A stretch of DNA of 63,905 bases, counting the filler, from Octopus bimaculoides (lineage: Eukaryota): the NCBI RefSeq assembly GCF_001194135.2. It is 6 parts of 5 records of this genome, joined end to end, with 100 filler letters (N's around TTAATTAATTAA, not from the genome) between each part and the next. Parts side by side here need not be neighbours in the genome. Positions count along the whole stretch, not along the records: positions 1 to 21,086 come from NC_068991.1; positions 21,187 to 43,247 come from NC_069001.1; 4 more parts are not named here. One strand, given 5' to 3'. The notes under the pieces were generated by a model that was not told where the DNA came from, made no database searches, and saw only the letters and a program-made list of their open reading frames with translations. The position numbers and the translations under genes are program-made. Positions 13,413 through 25,833 of this stretch are shown here, piece after piece. Every line of letters begins with the position of its first letter. Position 1 is the first letter of the stretch.

Positions 13413-14130
13413 TTTATTATTATTATGATTATTATTATTATTATTATTATAATTATTATTGAGTGAGAGAGCAGTGCATGCCTTCAAAGTGACACTGGGG
13501 TACAAATATACGAAGCCCATTATACCCATCATGACTACCCATCTGATAAGGGTACACCACGCACATGCATCACAACCATATGTGCGCGACATGATGATCT
13601 CATATCAAGATAAACAGCGCATGACCTTGCAGAATCAACGATGTTTACCTCCAACAGTCTCGGTTTGTTGCATGAATTTGCCATGTATTTCCATTTCTTT
13701 TCACTTGTTTGTTTTGTTATTCTCCCTCTTGTCTCTGAATTCTCCTACTGTTTCAGCCAAAGTTCGGTTATTTCTGGCAGAAGATAGTATTTTTCTTTAC
13801 ACTGCACGACATAATTTTTCAAACCCAGTATCGCAGTGTTAAATGTATCTTCTGCGTTTAGTAATCCCGTGCCACCTGTCTTTCTTGGTAGGCAGAATCG
13901 GTCGGTTTTAGAATGGAATGCGCTGTGCATTGTGAGCAGCTTTCTAGTTCTATCCAAGTTCTGTGATTCGATCTTTATCCCTTTCAGAAAGGGAGCAGAG
14001 CATCTTAATACTGACATAACCCATAGTTTTCATGATGTCCCTTTCATTTAATTTGTTTCGAGCACCCTCCTGATTCTCCGCTTGAAATTTCTCTCTCATT
14101 TGTCCTTCTAATATCCTACCGTCTTGTACC
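12630..14130 (-). mobile_element. R4/Dong-type LINE relic (RT thumb, CCHC, RLE) interrupted by a SINE B insertion
   Basis: 13745-14017 reads DRTRKLLTMHSAFH...LPRKTGGTGLLNAED; 13150-13320 reads PLRRICNTVDETIADIVNE; 12728-13144 reads LHPRICKMLGL...KPQRVVETE...VVDVAC. Confidence 0.88.
13325..13640 (-). mobile_element. SINE family B with compound (TAA)(GAT)(GAG) tail, inserted in the LINE
   Basis: 13465-13640 is the reverse complement of 6150-6325; LINE coding sequence resumes on both sides. Confidence 0.85.
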
Positions 14131-15526
14131 GCTCATTATTCCACAGAAATCTAATGATGTCATATGTGTTGATGGAATAGGACGGAAAACGCAATCAGAT
14201 GAAGCGAGAGTGATACAAGCCCGCTCATATACTTGTACCACTTTACATAGCTCGAAAAATAAATATGAATGTCAAGTCCAATTACTGTAATATTAATAGT
14301 TGACTCGGACACAATAAAAGCTGCAGAAGGATGATGAATGTCAGTGAGAAAACTAGGAGGAAAATTGAACAGTGTAGCGACAACTCGCCCGAGTTAATGA
14401 TATGTAAAATAACCACAGTAATCCGAAAATTGAAGATGCTGAATGAGGCCAAAACAGCATCAATAACATTATGCATTTCTTACGGTAAACTATCATAATG
14501 CTAACCTATCGCACTTTACAAACAAATACAAATATTTGAAATGTCAAATGACTTTTTTCTCCTTTAGTCGTTTATGTAAATATTTTATCGATATTCCCAG
14601 TCAGATTTTCTGTTAATTAGTCTGATTTATTGACAAATGTGTTTCATCAGTTCCATTATGAACGTTTCTAATGACTATTCAAATAACAAATGATATTCCC
14701 CATAATGTATGTTAATATGAAAATGAATTAACACATTTAACAAACCAGATGAAAGAAATAACTTTAAATGAATCAGTTTCGCCCACCTAAGCTAACTATA
14801 ATACATTGGAATGTAGCAGATGATACATGGTTATTAGATATCAGTAGCTGAGACTAATTGTCATTATAAGAAACATTTATACAGCTTTAGTCTACACTCA
14901 CTTTATAGTATTGCTACACTCATACATTATCATTTGTGTGGATTATTTTATGCATTTGTGTACAATGTAATACTTACAATGAGCTATCTGCGCTAAAATC
15001 GAAACTTTTGCAATTAAAACTTTTATATACAATTTTCCCATAATTTACGTCATAATTTACGTATGCACAAACTAAATATAAACTAATATATGACACGTAA
15101 GACGGAAAAAATACATTTGCGTGATGGTTGCCAATTTCAAAATTTTAGTCAACTAAAATCATAGTGAATAACAAAAACATATTCAAATTGTTTCACGAGA
15201 TGTTCATATTCCATCTAATAACGAAAAGAAAAAACGATATTTTAATCTCAATTATTGCATCATATTGTTTTATTTTAATTTAAATTGATTTAAGGATCTT
15301 AAATTCAAGGGAGGCTCTGGAGTATAAGCAATTCATATAACTATTACCAATAGGAACTTTTTCACAGTTACAATATCAGGAACATTTTGATTGTTATCCT
15401 TATACTTTAAAGAAGGAGAACGAATAGATTTAAGTGTGTATACTTATTGAAGTGCTTATATACGTTCAGATTAATCAGTGTGTGCTTCCTGCTTTCGATC
15501 TCCGGTTGAAATAGTTTTTACTTCAG

Positions 15527-15592
15527 GAATATCACGAGTGGCAGTTAAGAAAATATGAATATTATTACGAGCGCATGTCACAACTGCTATAA
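15527..15592 (+). CDS. Probable terminal coding exon EYHEWQLRKYEYYYERMSQLL*, unidentified gene
   Basis: TTTTTACTTCAG acceptor, open phase-0 frame ending in TAA, followed by long repeat-free AT-rich sequence typical of a 3' UTR. Confidence 0.5.
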   Translation, partial: EYHEWQLRKYEYYYERMSQLL

Positions 15593-15751
15593 ATTTGGTT
15601 CCTTTACCAATGTGAGAAAGCAGGATAATGACAATAAGTTTATATGAACTATCGCATATAAACAGAAATTATTTATGAAAAAGTGTACCTTAAGGATATA
15701 GAAAACAGAGCAGTATATATTTAATCCGATTATTAAACAAATACCGTATAT

Positions 15752-15757
15752 AATAAA
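15752..15757 (+). promoter_or_regulatory. Candidate polyadenylation signal AATAAA
   Basis: First AATAAA after the putative stop, followed by T-rich sequence. The motif is common in AT-rich DNA. Confidence 0.25.
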
Positions 15758-16898
15758 TTCTTTCTTTTAGTATATTAATCAGTCTTTATGCCTAATTTGT
15801 GCCTTTCCTTTCAAAACTAATGCTCTTACAGATTACACTCCTCGTTCGTTTCTGAAAAGAAGCTGATTAATTACAGGCAACGAAAAAGATTTTCATTTTC
15901 GTAATTTGATAAAAACATAACAAAGTATTTTCAGATATCATCGATTACACTTACGTTTATTCCCTTGGACAGATAATCTTATTAACAACATAGCACACAC
16001 ACATGGAATCACATGTGTTTGGACTTGTTAATTTACCATCAGCAGGCTTACGTTTGAGGTTATTATTTGATGTGCAGAAAGAGGAAGGAGGATAATTCAA
16101 TCGTACTTATCCATCAGAGTCTATTTCTTCGTCAGATTGAGTCTATAACAAACAAATGTAGATATTAATTGAATTATTTACAATGCGAAGTGGGTTCCAT
16201 GAATTGAATGATAAAACAATATGACGGATAGAAGAAAATAACATGCGGTGTTAACAAAGATAATGACACTCAAAACGATAAAATGAAAGAAAAATCTAGG
16301 CATTTAATTCCATTCAACTAATCAACATGTTTCTAAATCTGTAGACAATCGATGATGTGCGAAAATGCTACAAACATTAAAAGGACATGAAATCCATATG
16401 TATAAATATAATTAAGCACTGTGCGTAGTATTATATTATAAATCATTATAGAACTTAACATGCTCTAATGAAAAAGATTGACACCGTAATGGCGTATTAT
16501 CTTTATAGATTATACATTGCACATTGCGAGCTGTCAATATTTATGTGAATGTATATGCATATATGTATATACATACATACATGTATACATGTATGTATTT
16601 ATCCATCGCTTTAGCTTTATATCTATCAATATATGCATATAGATATAAAGATAGAAGCGTTATTAAATTAGAATAGCCATGTATGTATCATACTTAATGT
16701 AAATACGTCGTTGGCAGACAAGTTACTGCGGTAATTGTCTCTAGACAAAACATTCCTTATGGGCGTGCCTTTCTAAAACACTGTGTATGTTTTGGTGTAT
16801 ACAAATTTATTCTTTAACAAGAATAGTATTGACAGTAACTTCGAAGTTTTAGCTAGCTAAGCTTTTAATCACAGCATATTCCTACGAGGTATTACCTC

Positions 16899-17085
16899 AC
16901 CGCTTGACAACAGTTGTTACATGTTTATATGCTCGGAATCTATCGGTTTGGCGAAAGAAGCTAATAAGAAAAATATCAGGCATAAAAATAAGTACTGGAG
17001 CTGACTTGAATATTCGACAAAACCCTTCAAGGCGGTGCCCGAGCTGGGTCGCCTTCCAATGACTGAAACAAGTAAAAAATGAAAC
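16899..17085 (+). mobile_element. SINE family A, 3' half, degraded
   Basis: CCGCTTGACAAC...AAGGCGGTGCCC...AATGACTGAAACAAGTAAAA. Confidence 0.75.
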
Positions 17086-19469
17086 ATAATATAACTAGTA
17101 TTCTGTAACTTTGAGATTGTTTACTTAGTGTGAGGTAGTATCTAGTGTTCATTTAATGGTTTTCAGTATCGTTCCTTTTTGCTTCCTCGCTAGAAAAATG
17201 TTTTACGTGAATGGAAACCTAAATAGTGTCTGAGCACAGATATTAATAGTTTTCATAAACCAGGTTGCTCGAAGATATAGTCTTACAAACGTAGAAATAC
17301 GTCAATTCGTGATCCCATTGGTTGGAATTTAGTGGCAGAGAGAAAAAAGCTTAGTTTGATAAGGACAGATTCCATAAAATTTAAATTCGTATAAGTTTCT
17401 TTAATTAGCTTGTAGTAAGTAGGAATGTCCCTGAGCCATGAGATTACTTGGAAACGGAAGAAAAAATGTCTTGTATGGCTATCGAATAGGAATGAAAATC
17501 TAGAAAGAGAAATCTTGAATGAGACAAAATTATGGATATATATATATATATATATATATATANNNNNNNNNNNNNNNNNNNNNNNNNNNNNNNNNNNNNN
17601 NNNNNNNNNNNNNNNNNNNNNNNNNNNNNNNNNNNNNNNNNNNNNNNNNNNNNNNNNNNNNNNNNNNNNNNNNNNNNNNNNNNNNNNNNNNNNNNNNNNN
17701 NNNNNNNNNNNNNNNNNNNNNNNNNNNNNNNNNNNNNNNNNNNNNNNNNNNNNNNNNNNNNNNNNNNNNNNNNNNNNNNNNNNNNNNNNNNNNNNNNNNN
17801 NNNNNNNNNNNNNNNNNNNNNNNNNNNNNNNNNNNNNNNNNNNNNNNNNNNNNNNNNNNNNNNNNNNNNNNNNNNNNNNNNNNNNNNNNNNNNNNNNNNN
17901 NNNNNNNNNNNNNNNNNNNNNNNNNNNNNNNNNNNNNNNNNNNNNNNNNNNNNNNNNNNNNNNNNNNNNNNNNNNNNNNNNNNNNNNNNNNNNNNNNNNN
18001 NNNNNNNNNNNNNNNNNNNNNNNNNNNNNNNNNNNNNNNNNNNNNNNNNNNNNNNNNNNNNNNNNNNNNNNNNNNNNNNNNNNNNNNNNNNNNNNNNNNN
18101 NNNNNNNNNNNNNNNNNNNNNNNNNNNNNNNNNNNNNNNATATATATATATATATATATATAACATAGTGACCCTTTAAAAAGAATCAGCCAACCAGGCA
18201 GAAAGACAAACATGACCAGCGGAAAAACAAGACCTCACCAGTATTTTAACGAATCAAATATCATATCCGCTCGCGGAAAAAAAATTATAAATATACCGTA
18301 TTCCAAAATACACCGATGCAAGCGAAAGTTCCTACATACGACGGAAAGAGTATCAGAGAAACTGTAAACCAAATACCCATTTTTTAAACTATGTTCATTT
18401 CTCCCTTGTTTTTCCCCTCTTAGCTCAGTATGACTGAAACTTTGATGATATTGATTTCTTGTCGATCACTCCTAACACTAGTGAGCTTTGTACATTCAAA
18501 CAAATTCATGCACAGTTTTAACATCATTGACTGTAATGAACATGTAAACTTGTCAACGCTGGGGCAATGCTGGATTCTAAATGTATGTGCGATGGGGTAT
18601 ATTTCTGTATACATCATCGAAGAATCGTCTTCTATGGTGGAAGTCTTAGATATTACGGTGTATGTTGATGTCAAATTTTAATAACTGGCATTAATAAAAA
18701 TTCATTCGAGCAGAAGAAAAGAACAGAAGAATAATTTACGTAATACTTTGAATAATGTGCGACTTGTGGTGTAACGTTAAATGCAACTATTTCATAAACT
18801 GTGATTTTCACGAATTCCTTTTCCAAAGAGTTAATAGAACAGTTAAACGTAATGAGTGATCGGGTGCAATCAGTTAAAAGAGAGTAGAATTACTCTATGG
18901 CTATAGTAAATAATTAATAGAGCTTCAGAAGTCCTCTGAAATTTCAAAGACAAATATTAATATAGTAGAATCCCAGACATTGCGGAGTCTGAGGTGGAAT
19001 ATTTGCTCTTTCGAGTTTCTCGTTCGCAAAAACATCAAATATTACGATTTCAATTAATAGCGATGCATGTATATACATGTATGTATATATATATATATNN
19101 NNNNNNNNNNNNNNNNNNNNNNNNNNNNNNNNNNNNNNNNNNNNNNNNNNNNNNNNNNNNNNNNNNNNNNNNNNNNNNNNNNNNNNNNNNNNNNNNNNNN
19201 NNNNNNNNNNNNNNNNNNNNNNNNNNNNNNNNNNNNNNNNNNNNNNNNNNNNNNNNNNNNNNNNNNNNNNNNNNNNNNNNNNNNNNNNNNNNNNNNNNNN
19301 NNNNNNNNNNNNNNNNNNNNNNNNNNNNNNNNNNNNNNNNNNNNNNNNNNNNNNNNNNNNNNNNNNNNNNNNNNNNNNNNNNNNNNNNNNNNNNNNNNNN
19401 NNNNNNNNNNNNNNNNNNNNNNNNNNNNNNNNNNNNNNNNNNNNNNNNNNNNNNNNNNNNNNNNNNNNN

Positions 19470-19510
<41 letters not shown>

Positions 19511-20462
19511 TATATATATAACTTTGTCCTTGATATGTGAGCATCAAAATCTCTGACGTATAGAATATATATGCTAATAAAAATCAATATTAATCTACAT
19601 ATGAAATAACTTGAAGAATCCATATAAAATTCTAGTTTTCTTGTAAGAATAATTTATTGCGTTATCATTGACATGAGTAGAAGATTTCTACCAAACATGG
19701 CATCATAAAATCTTCATTAAGATTGCAGACTACGATGCACTGCAACTGTGCAGCTAGAAATTACACGATTTTACAAATATTTATAGTGTAAATGCGCACC
19801 ATTGAATTAACAGTCCAAACTTTAGGCTACCAAAACTCACGGCTGTTTCGTTATTATTTTGCGCAGTAATATCCCGTTCGAATTCTCTTACATAGAAACT
19901 TCCATTCAAAGATCATTAATTGCCGATGTAAAATTACCAATATACATCTATGAATTATCTGTAATAAAAATAAACTTTATTTTTGCCAACATCCTGAAAT
20001 ATTTCTCGATTTAAAGAGAAGATATGAAATATTTATATGTGATGTTACAAGATGATTGAATATGCATTTCCTTCAATAGCTATAATAAAATTAATCTTTC
20101 GGGTATATCTCTCTATTTTCTATGCCAAACAAGAATTTATGGGTGCCAATCAATGCAAGAAGCGAACAGGGTTTCATTCCTTTACATCCAGACATACATT
20201 ATCTACATTACATACATCTCTCATTCGATATTATTCGAAGGGAACATTCTGACAGTTTAATATCTACACTCTAAATTGACATATCAACCTAATTATATAG
20301 TTATGAACAATAATCGATATCGAATTCGAAAACTGGTTCCAGAATCGCAATACGAAACATGATATATATTTCTAACGGATAGCATTGGGCTTCTATGGAC
20401 AGCGGCCCACGCATACACACACATATATATTTATACTTACACACATATATATACACATACAC

Positions 20463-20522
<60 letters not shown>

Positions 20523-21086
20523 CATATTATATACATATACATGTATATATATATACATATATATACATATATGTGTGTGTGTGTGTATTACCATTTATAT
20601 AATTATATATATGAAAGGGGATAAGAGAATACATGCTAAAACGATAGAAGCACTAGAGATAAGTGTATAGCTGTGCATATGTGCATTTGTGTGTATGTAT
20701 GTGTGTGCGGTGTTTGTGAGTACATATAATTGCTATGAAATATTTTTACTCTATATTTTTCATTTTCCTTATTTTTCATTTTCAATTGAACCCTGAAACA
20801 GATGAATAATGGAAACATAAGATTGTAATTATTGAAGTACATTGATAGTTTGATAGACAGCAGCATTGTCTATAGACAGGTATTGAATACGAAAACAAAG
20901 AATGGTGGTATTGTAGTTAATGATGTCCGTGTTATAACTGTGTTGGTTCTATCGGTTTTTTCGTGGCTGGAATACAATGTAATATAACGATATAGAAATA
21001 AAGCACACATAGACACAAACGCTCATAAAACGTCGCCTCTGAATATATATACATGTATATATCTATATCTATATATATATATATAT

Positions 21087-21186
21087 NNNNNNNNNNNNNN
21101 NNNNNNNNNNNNNNNNNNNNNNNNNNNNNNTTAATTAATTAANNNNNNNNNNNNNNNNNNNNNNNNNNNNNNNNNNNNNNNNNNNN
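21087..21186. other. Artificial scaffold linker 44N-TTAATTAATTAA-44N
   Basis: Identical 100-bp construct occurs five times; the 12-mer has stops in all six frames. Confidence 0.95.
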
Positions 21187-21430
21187 GGACTGAAACGGGA
21201 TTTTAATAATTTAATAATTTAATATGATCGTTATGTATGTATTTTTTCGTGTTTTGTTCCGATGGTAGCCATTCCTGAAGAAGTGCCAAATGTCGAAATC
21301 CAATGGACCAGTCACTGGATACGTTTGGGCACAGAAATGTTGACATAGAGTGGTAAATAAATCGATCTTGGATATATCGAGTTTGAAGTTTCTATCTCTT
21401 TTAAATATACAAATTTAAAAGTTAAAAACC
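21187..21430 (+). repeat. Penelope-LTR-like repeat with a degenerate hammerhead motif
   Basis: CTGAAGA-A-GTGCC...GGCAC-A-GAAAT-GTT at 21275-21341; (TA)n on both sides. Confidence 0.4.
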
Positions 21431-21433
21431 TTG

Positions 21434-21478
<45 letters not shown>

Positions 21479-22034
21479 TGGGGGATTAATCGATTGGCGG
21501 TTATTCTATTTCAGATAATACAAAAATAACCTAATGAATATATCTGACAGTAAGCTCAAGGTATCAGTTTGCACATCACGAATTAATACTTAAAGGAAAT
21601 AACCAAAATTACCAGCTGGGTATATAATATACTTCATGAATTATATCATACTTTAGTTAATACTTATATTTATTAAATAAGAAGGAACTGCACGTGTTTC
21701 AGTATTGGAAGATTACAATATATATACATATACACAAATGTATACCCATATATATATACATATAAATACATATATGCAATCGTCAGATTTACAATTATTC
21801 CAACACATCTTCAGGTTCTATTTCAAAATATTATATATCTAATTTTACATCCCTTTGAAAATAAGCAATACAATTAAGCGTTAAAGATTAAAAATTACGA
21901 ATTAAAAATTAAGGATATAAATTATACTTTGTACTAGTAAGAATTAAAATTTATAAATTATACATTATAAATATGAATTAGTATACATATCAATCATGTA
22001 AAATCAAGTATATATCAAAATCTTGTGTTAGCAA

Positions 22035-23100
22035 CAGCGTCAAACGGAGGGAAGCAGAGAGAACAGAGCTTCATTTGATCCAACGCATTCAACAAGGACA
22101 GATGAAGAGAGAGGAAAATAAGGTGAGATGAAATATGGGGTGGACCACATCTCAGCTAAGTTTTCTGATTCGTTTATCTTGTGATGTTTTGTCATCACCT
22201 GCAAATCTAGTAAGATGGAACGTCTCAGAGAATGATACATGGAAATGCAGAAATGTCGGAACACTGAATCATATTCTTTACAACTGTTCACTGTCATTGA
22301 GCCGGTATACATGGAGACACAACCTGGTCGTTAAGGTTATCTTCAATGCTATAAAGAACCAAATTGATCTCAACAACAGTGATAAAAAAACCGTTGAAAG
22401 TACCAAGTAGAAATTTCATTGCCTTCGTGCGCTCAGGACAGTAATTCTGTTTCAAGATGAACAACAAACTTCAGGAAGTTTGTTGGATCAAATGAAGAAG
22501 TGTGCTGGATCTTCAGGAAGTGAGTTGGATCAAATGAATGGTGAAAAGTGGAACAGCTATTGAGAGGTGACTGCTGATTTACCAGGGCGCCAGGGACCCT
22601 TTCCCACCCCAGTTAGGAAAATACGGACATCTTAATGTGGTGTGAGAGAAAGAAAGTTGTGAATCTTGTCGAGCTAACGGTTCCTCATCTAGATAACCTG
22701 GACGCCACTCGGGCTCGAAAGATTGACCGTTATGTAAACCTCCGCGTGAACTGTGAAGACGCAGACTGGAAAGCGGAGCATTTTCCAAACGAAGTCGGAT
22801 ATAGAGGGTTTGTTGAACACGATGTGAGACGAATGTTGTTATCGTTAGGCCTAAGTCATCGAAAAGTAAATACCATCATGACCGATATGAAAACTACAGT
22901 AGAAATGGCTAGCCACTGGATTTGGTTAAAAAGAGACGATGAGCGAAGGGTAGAAGAATATTGAGTTTTATTTGATAAACAGTTGATCTAGCAAGCGGGG
23001 CCACATATCAGTGAGGAGGTATCGGTGCGCATTGAAGCCGTCGAGAGATAGGCCCCGAAACGGCCTACACTCTCCTCATGACTTCATACACTTGCTGGCT
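22035..23100 (+). mobile_element. HERO-like (RLE) non-LTR retrotransposon, 5'-truncated
   Basis: SFLIRLSCDVLSSPANLVRW...CRNVGTLNHILYNC...RYTWRHN and VELTVP...RKIDRY...FPNEVGYRGF...ASHWIWLKRD are typical of the HERO C-terminus. Confidence 0.85.
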
Positions 23101-23984
23101 TCCGGTATGCGGAATTCTCATTGGTAGCACTTGCATGTGCAAGTTGTTCGCAAAACACACACACACAAACATATATATATATATATATATATANNNNNNN
23201 NNNNNNNNNNNNNNNNNNNNNNNNNNNNNNNNNNNNNNNNNNNNNNNNNNNNNNNNNNNNNNNNNNNNNNNNNNNNNNNNNNNNNNNNNNNNNNNNNNNN
23301 NNNNNNNNNNNNNNNNNNNNNNNNNNNNNNNNNNNNNNNNNNNNNNNNNNNNNNNNNNNNNNNNNNNNNNNNNNNNNNNNNNNNNNNNNNNNNNNNNNNN
23401 NNNNNNNNNNNNNNNNNNNNNNNNNNNNNNNNNNNNNNNNNNNNNNNNNNNATATATATATATATATATATACACGTACACATACACACATACGCACACA
23501 TACACGCACATACGTGCACACAGCTACACGCACATACACACACGCACCACACACACAACCTCACGTACACACACAACCCCACGTACACACACACGCACAC
23601 ACATACACACGCACACACACACGCACACACATACACACGCACACACACACACACTTCAAACTGCCAGTCAAACATCCTTCTACTGACCATTCCTCTATGC
23701 ACATGTGAAGAGACACACAACTACACAAAAGACCACCACTCCTGTTACCATGCTGCTGAATTCTTCCTACGACTTTAAGAGACACAGAGTTCACACACAG
23801 ATACACATGTAAACAAACACAAACACCAGACACGCAACACACATAAACACACACGCATGCTATTTCACACACTCACAGACTTGCTTGCATGCACATACCC
23901 CCACATACACACAGCTACCTTCTTCTCTTACACTCTTCTGTCTTAGAAAGAACTTTTTCTTCCCCCATCCCCTTCCGGTCTTTT

Positions 23985-24208
23985 CAAAATGTAACCATAT
24001 GTGGATCGTTGGCTACTTTTTTCCTCCGATTTCTTTCTCTCTTGGACTTCCCTCTGTATCCTGTTTCTGACGAAGAGTTTGCTCGAAACATAAAATCACC
24101 TTTCTTTCTTTCCCTGAGCGACTGGTAATACTTTGCATGTACCACATCCTCGACTTGTTGTTTTCTTCGTGTTGTGTTTGTTCTTCGTTTTTCTTTTATT
24201 TACTATAT
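23985..24208 (+). repeat. Dispersed short repeat family R1, homologous to 45165-45312
   Basis: Shared CGTTGGC...CTTGGACT...CTCGAAA...TTTCTTTCCTGAGCG...CCACATCCT; runs into TA and a gap. Confidence 0.7.
24063..24096 (+). ncRNA. Minimal type I hammerhead ribozyme motif
   Basis: GTTT-CTGACGA-A-GAG(TTTG)CTC-GAAAC-ATA-AAAT: intact core, stem II, 4-bp stem I. Stem III ACAT looks like CpG-decayed ACGT. Confidence 0.6.
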
Positions 24209-24414
24209 ANNNNNNNNNNNNNNNNNNNNNNNNNNNNNNNNNNNNNNNNNNNNNNNNNNNNNNNNNNNNNNNNNNNNNNNNNNNNNNNNNNNNNNNNNNN
24301 NNNNNNNNNNNNNNNNNNNNNNNNNNNNNNNNNNNNNNNNNNNNNNNNNNNNNNNNNNNNNNNNNNNNNNNNNNNNNNNNNNNNNNNNNNNNNNNNNNNN
24401 NNNNNNNNNNNNNN

Positions 24415-24460
<46 letters not shown>

Positions 24461-24466
24461 TGAGAG

Positions 24467-24495
24467 ATCACCTGTGCTGAACTAGCACAGGTGAT
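24467..24495. other. Perfect 12-bp inverted repeat hairpin containing CACCTG/CAGGTG E-boxes
   Basis: ATCACCTGTGCT-GAACT-AGCACAGGTGAT directly after (GA)n. Confidence 0.7.
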
Positions 24496-25014
24496 TTTTA
24501 TATAGTGAACAAATGTTTGTCTGTACATTAACTCCCCCGCCTCCTGCCAGAACGGGTGTATGGTTTGCTGCATTTCGTACGCCGAAGTGACCGCAAAGCA
24601 GCCTGAAATAAATTGTCAACTCCAGTTTTATATGATTATTATAAAGCTGAGATAGAAAAATATGTTTTTACTGCTTCAGAGATGGAATTTATATTACAGC
24701 TATCGACATTATTCCAGGACAATTGATAGTATAATAACTTTAGAAACGTTTCACTCTAATGTAGTTAGAGGTCCCGGTGTGACCGCAATATATTTTAAGA
24801 AGCCATCTCATGAATGTCAATCGATCAGAGATAATGCAACTGTCTTGACTGCGAATTAACTTCTTGATACTCTGTTTCCTCCGAACAAACATTGGTTTTA
24901 ATAATAATATACTGTCGTTTAATGTACACATTCATACATGCATGTATATATACATACACATACATATTTATATATACATGTATTTATATATATGTATGTT
25001 TATATATATATATA

Positions 25015-25103
<89 letters not shown>

Positions 25104-25366
25104 GTATAGATATATGTATGTGTGTGTGTATACTACACATAATATGTAAGTATATTTTGTTGTGTCTAGGGAGAGTCATCATGCCAATATGATTAGCACA
25201 CAAACTGGTTCAATTCCACTAAATCATTATATATAAGATTTTTTGTTAAAACTCATTCGTTGCTTTTTTGCAGCGTACTCAGTGACTATCGACTCCGTTA
25301 TAGAGGGCGCGTTCGTTTGTCCGTTTGATATTTTGATGCGTGTGTATCAGTGTGCATACCAACATG

Positions 25367-25400
<34 letters not shown>

Positions 25401-25776
25401 GAGAAACAGATAGTGATGCAAATGAACAAGTTTAGGTATGATATATGAAATATATATACACATACAAATGTAAATATATACTTATATAGGAGTACAGAGA
25501 GAAAGAAAAACTGAAAATATTCAGTAGATGAAAATTCGTGTACAAGCATATAGATAATTATCTATTTACAGAACAAATTTACATGTAGTACAAAACATAT
25601 AGACAACAAAGGAGAGTGGGCATGGTATTTCAGGTTCAACAGCTGTTACTCGGGGTTTGAAATTACATATTAGTTGTTATAAGCATTACTGTAAAACCAG
25701 CCTCCTTCTTCAGGGTGGAGAGATTAGCATACACCAACTCAATTAGGCACTACAACATTGGTTGGCCTAATTTTTT

Positions 25777-25833
<57 letters not shown>

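Noticed and set aside
19892-19958. Minus-strand 67-nt exon candidate IIHRCILVILHRQLMIFEWKFL
   Set aside because: Good splice signals, but no phase-compatible neighbour and no homology.
25620-25720. Minus-strand CTGAAGAAGG...CCTGAAAT hammerhead-like pattern
   Set aside because: Stem I cannot be formed and there is no valid cleavage triplet; at best a very decayed relative.
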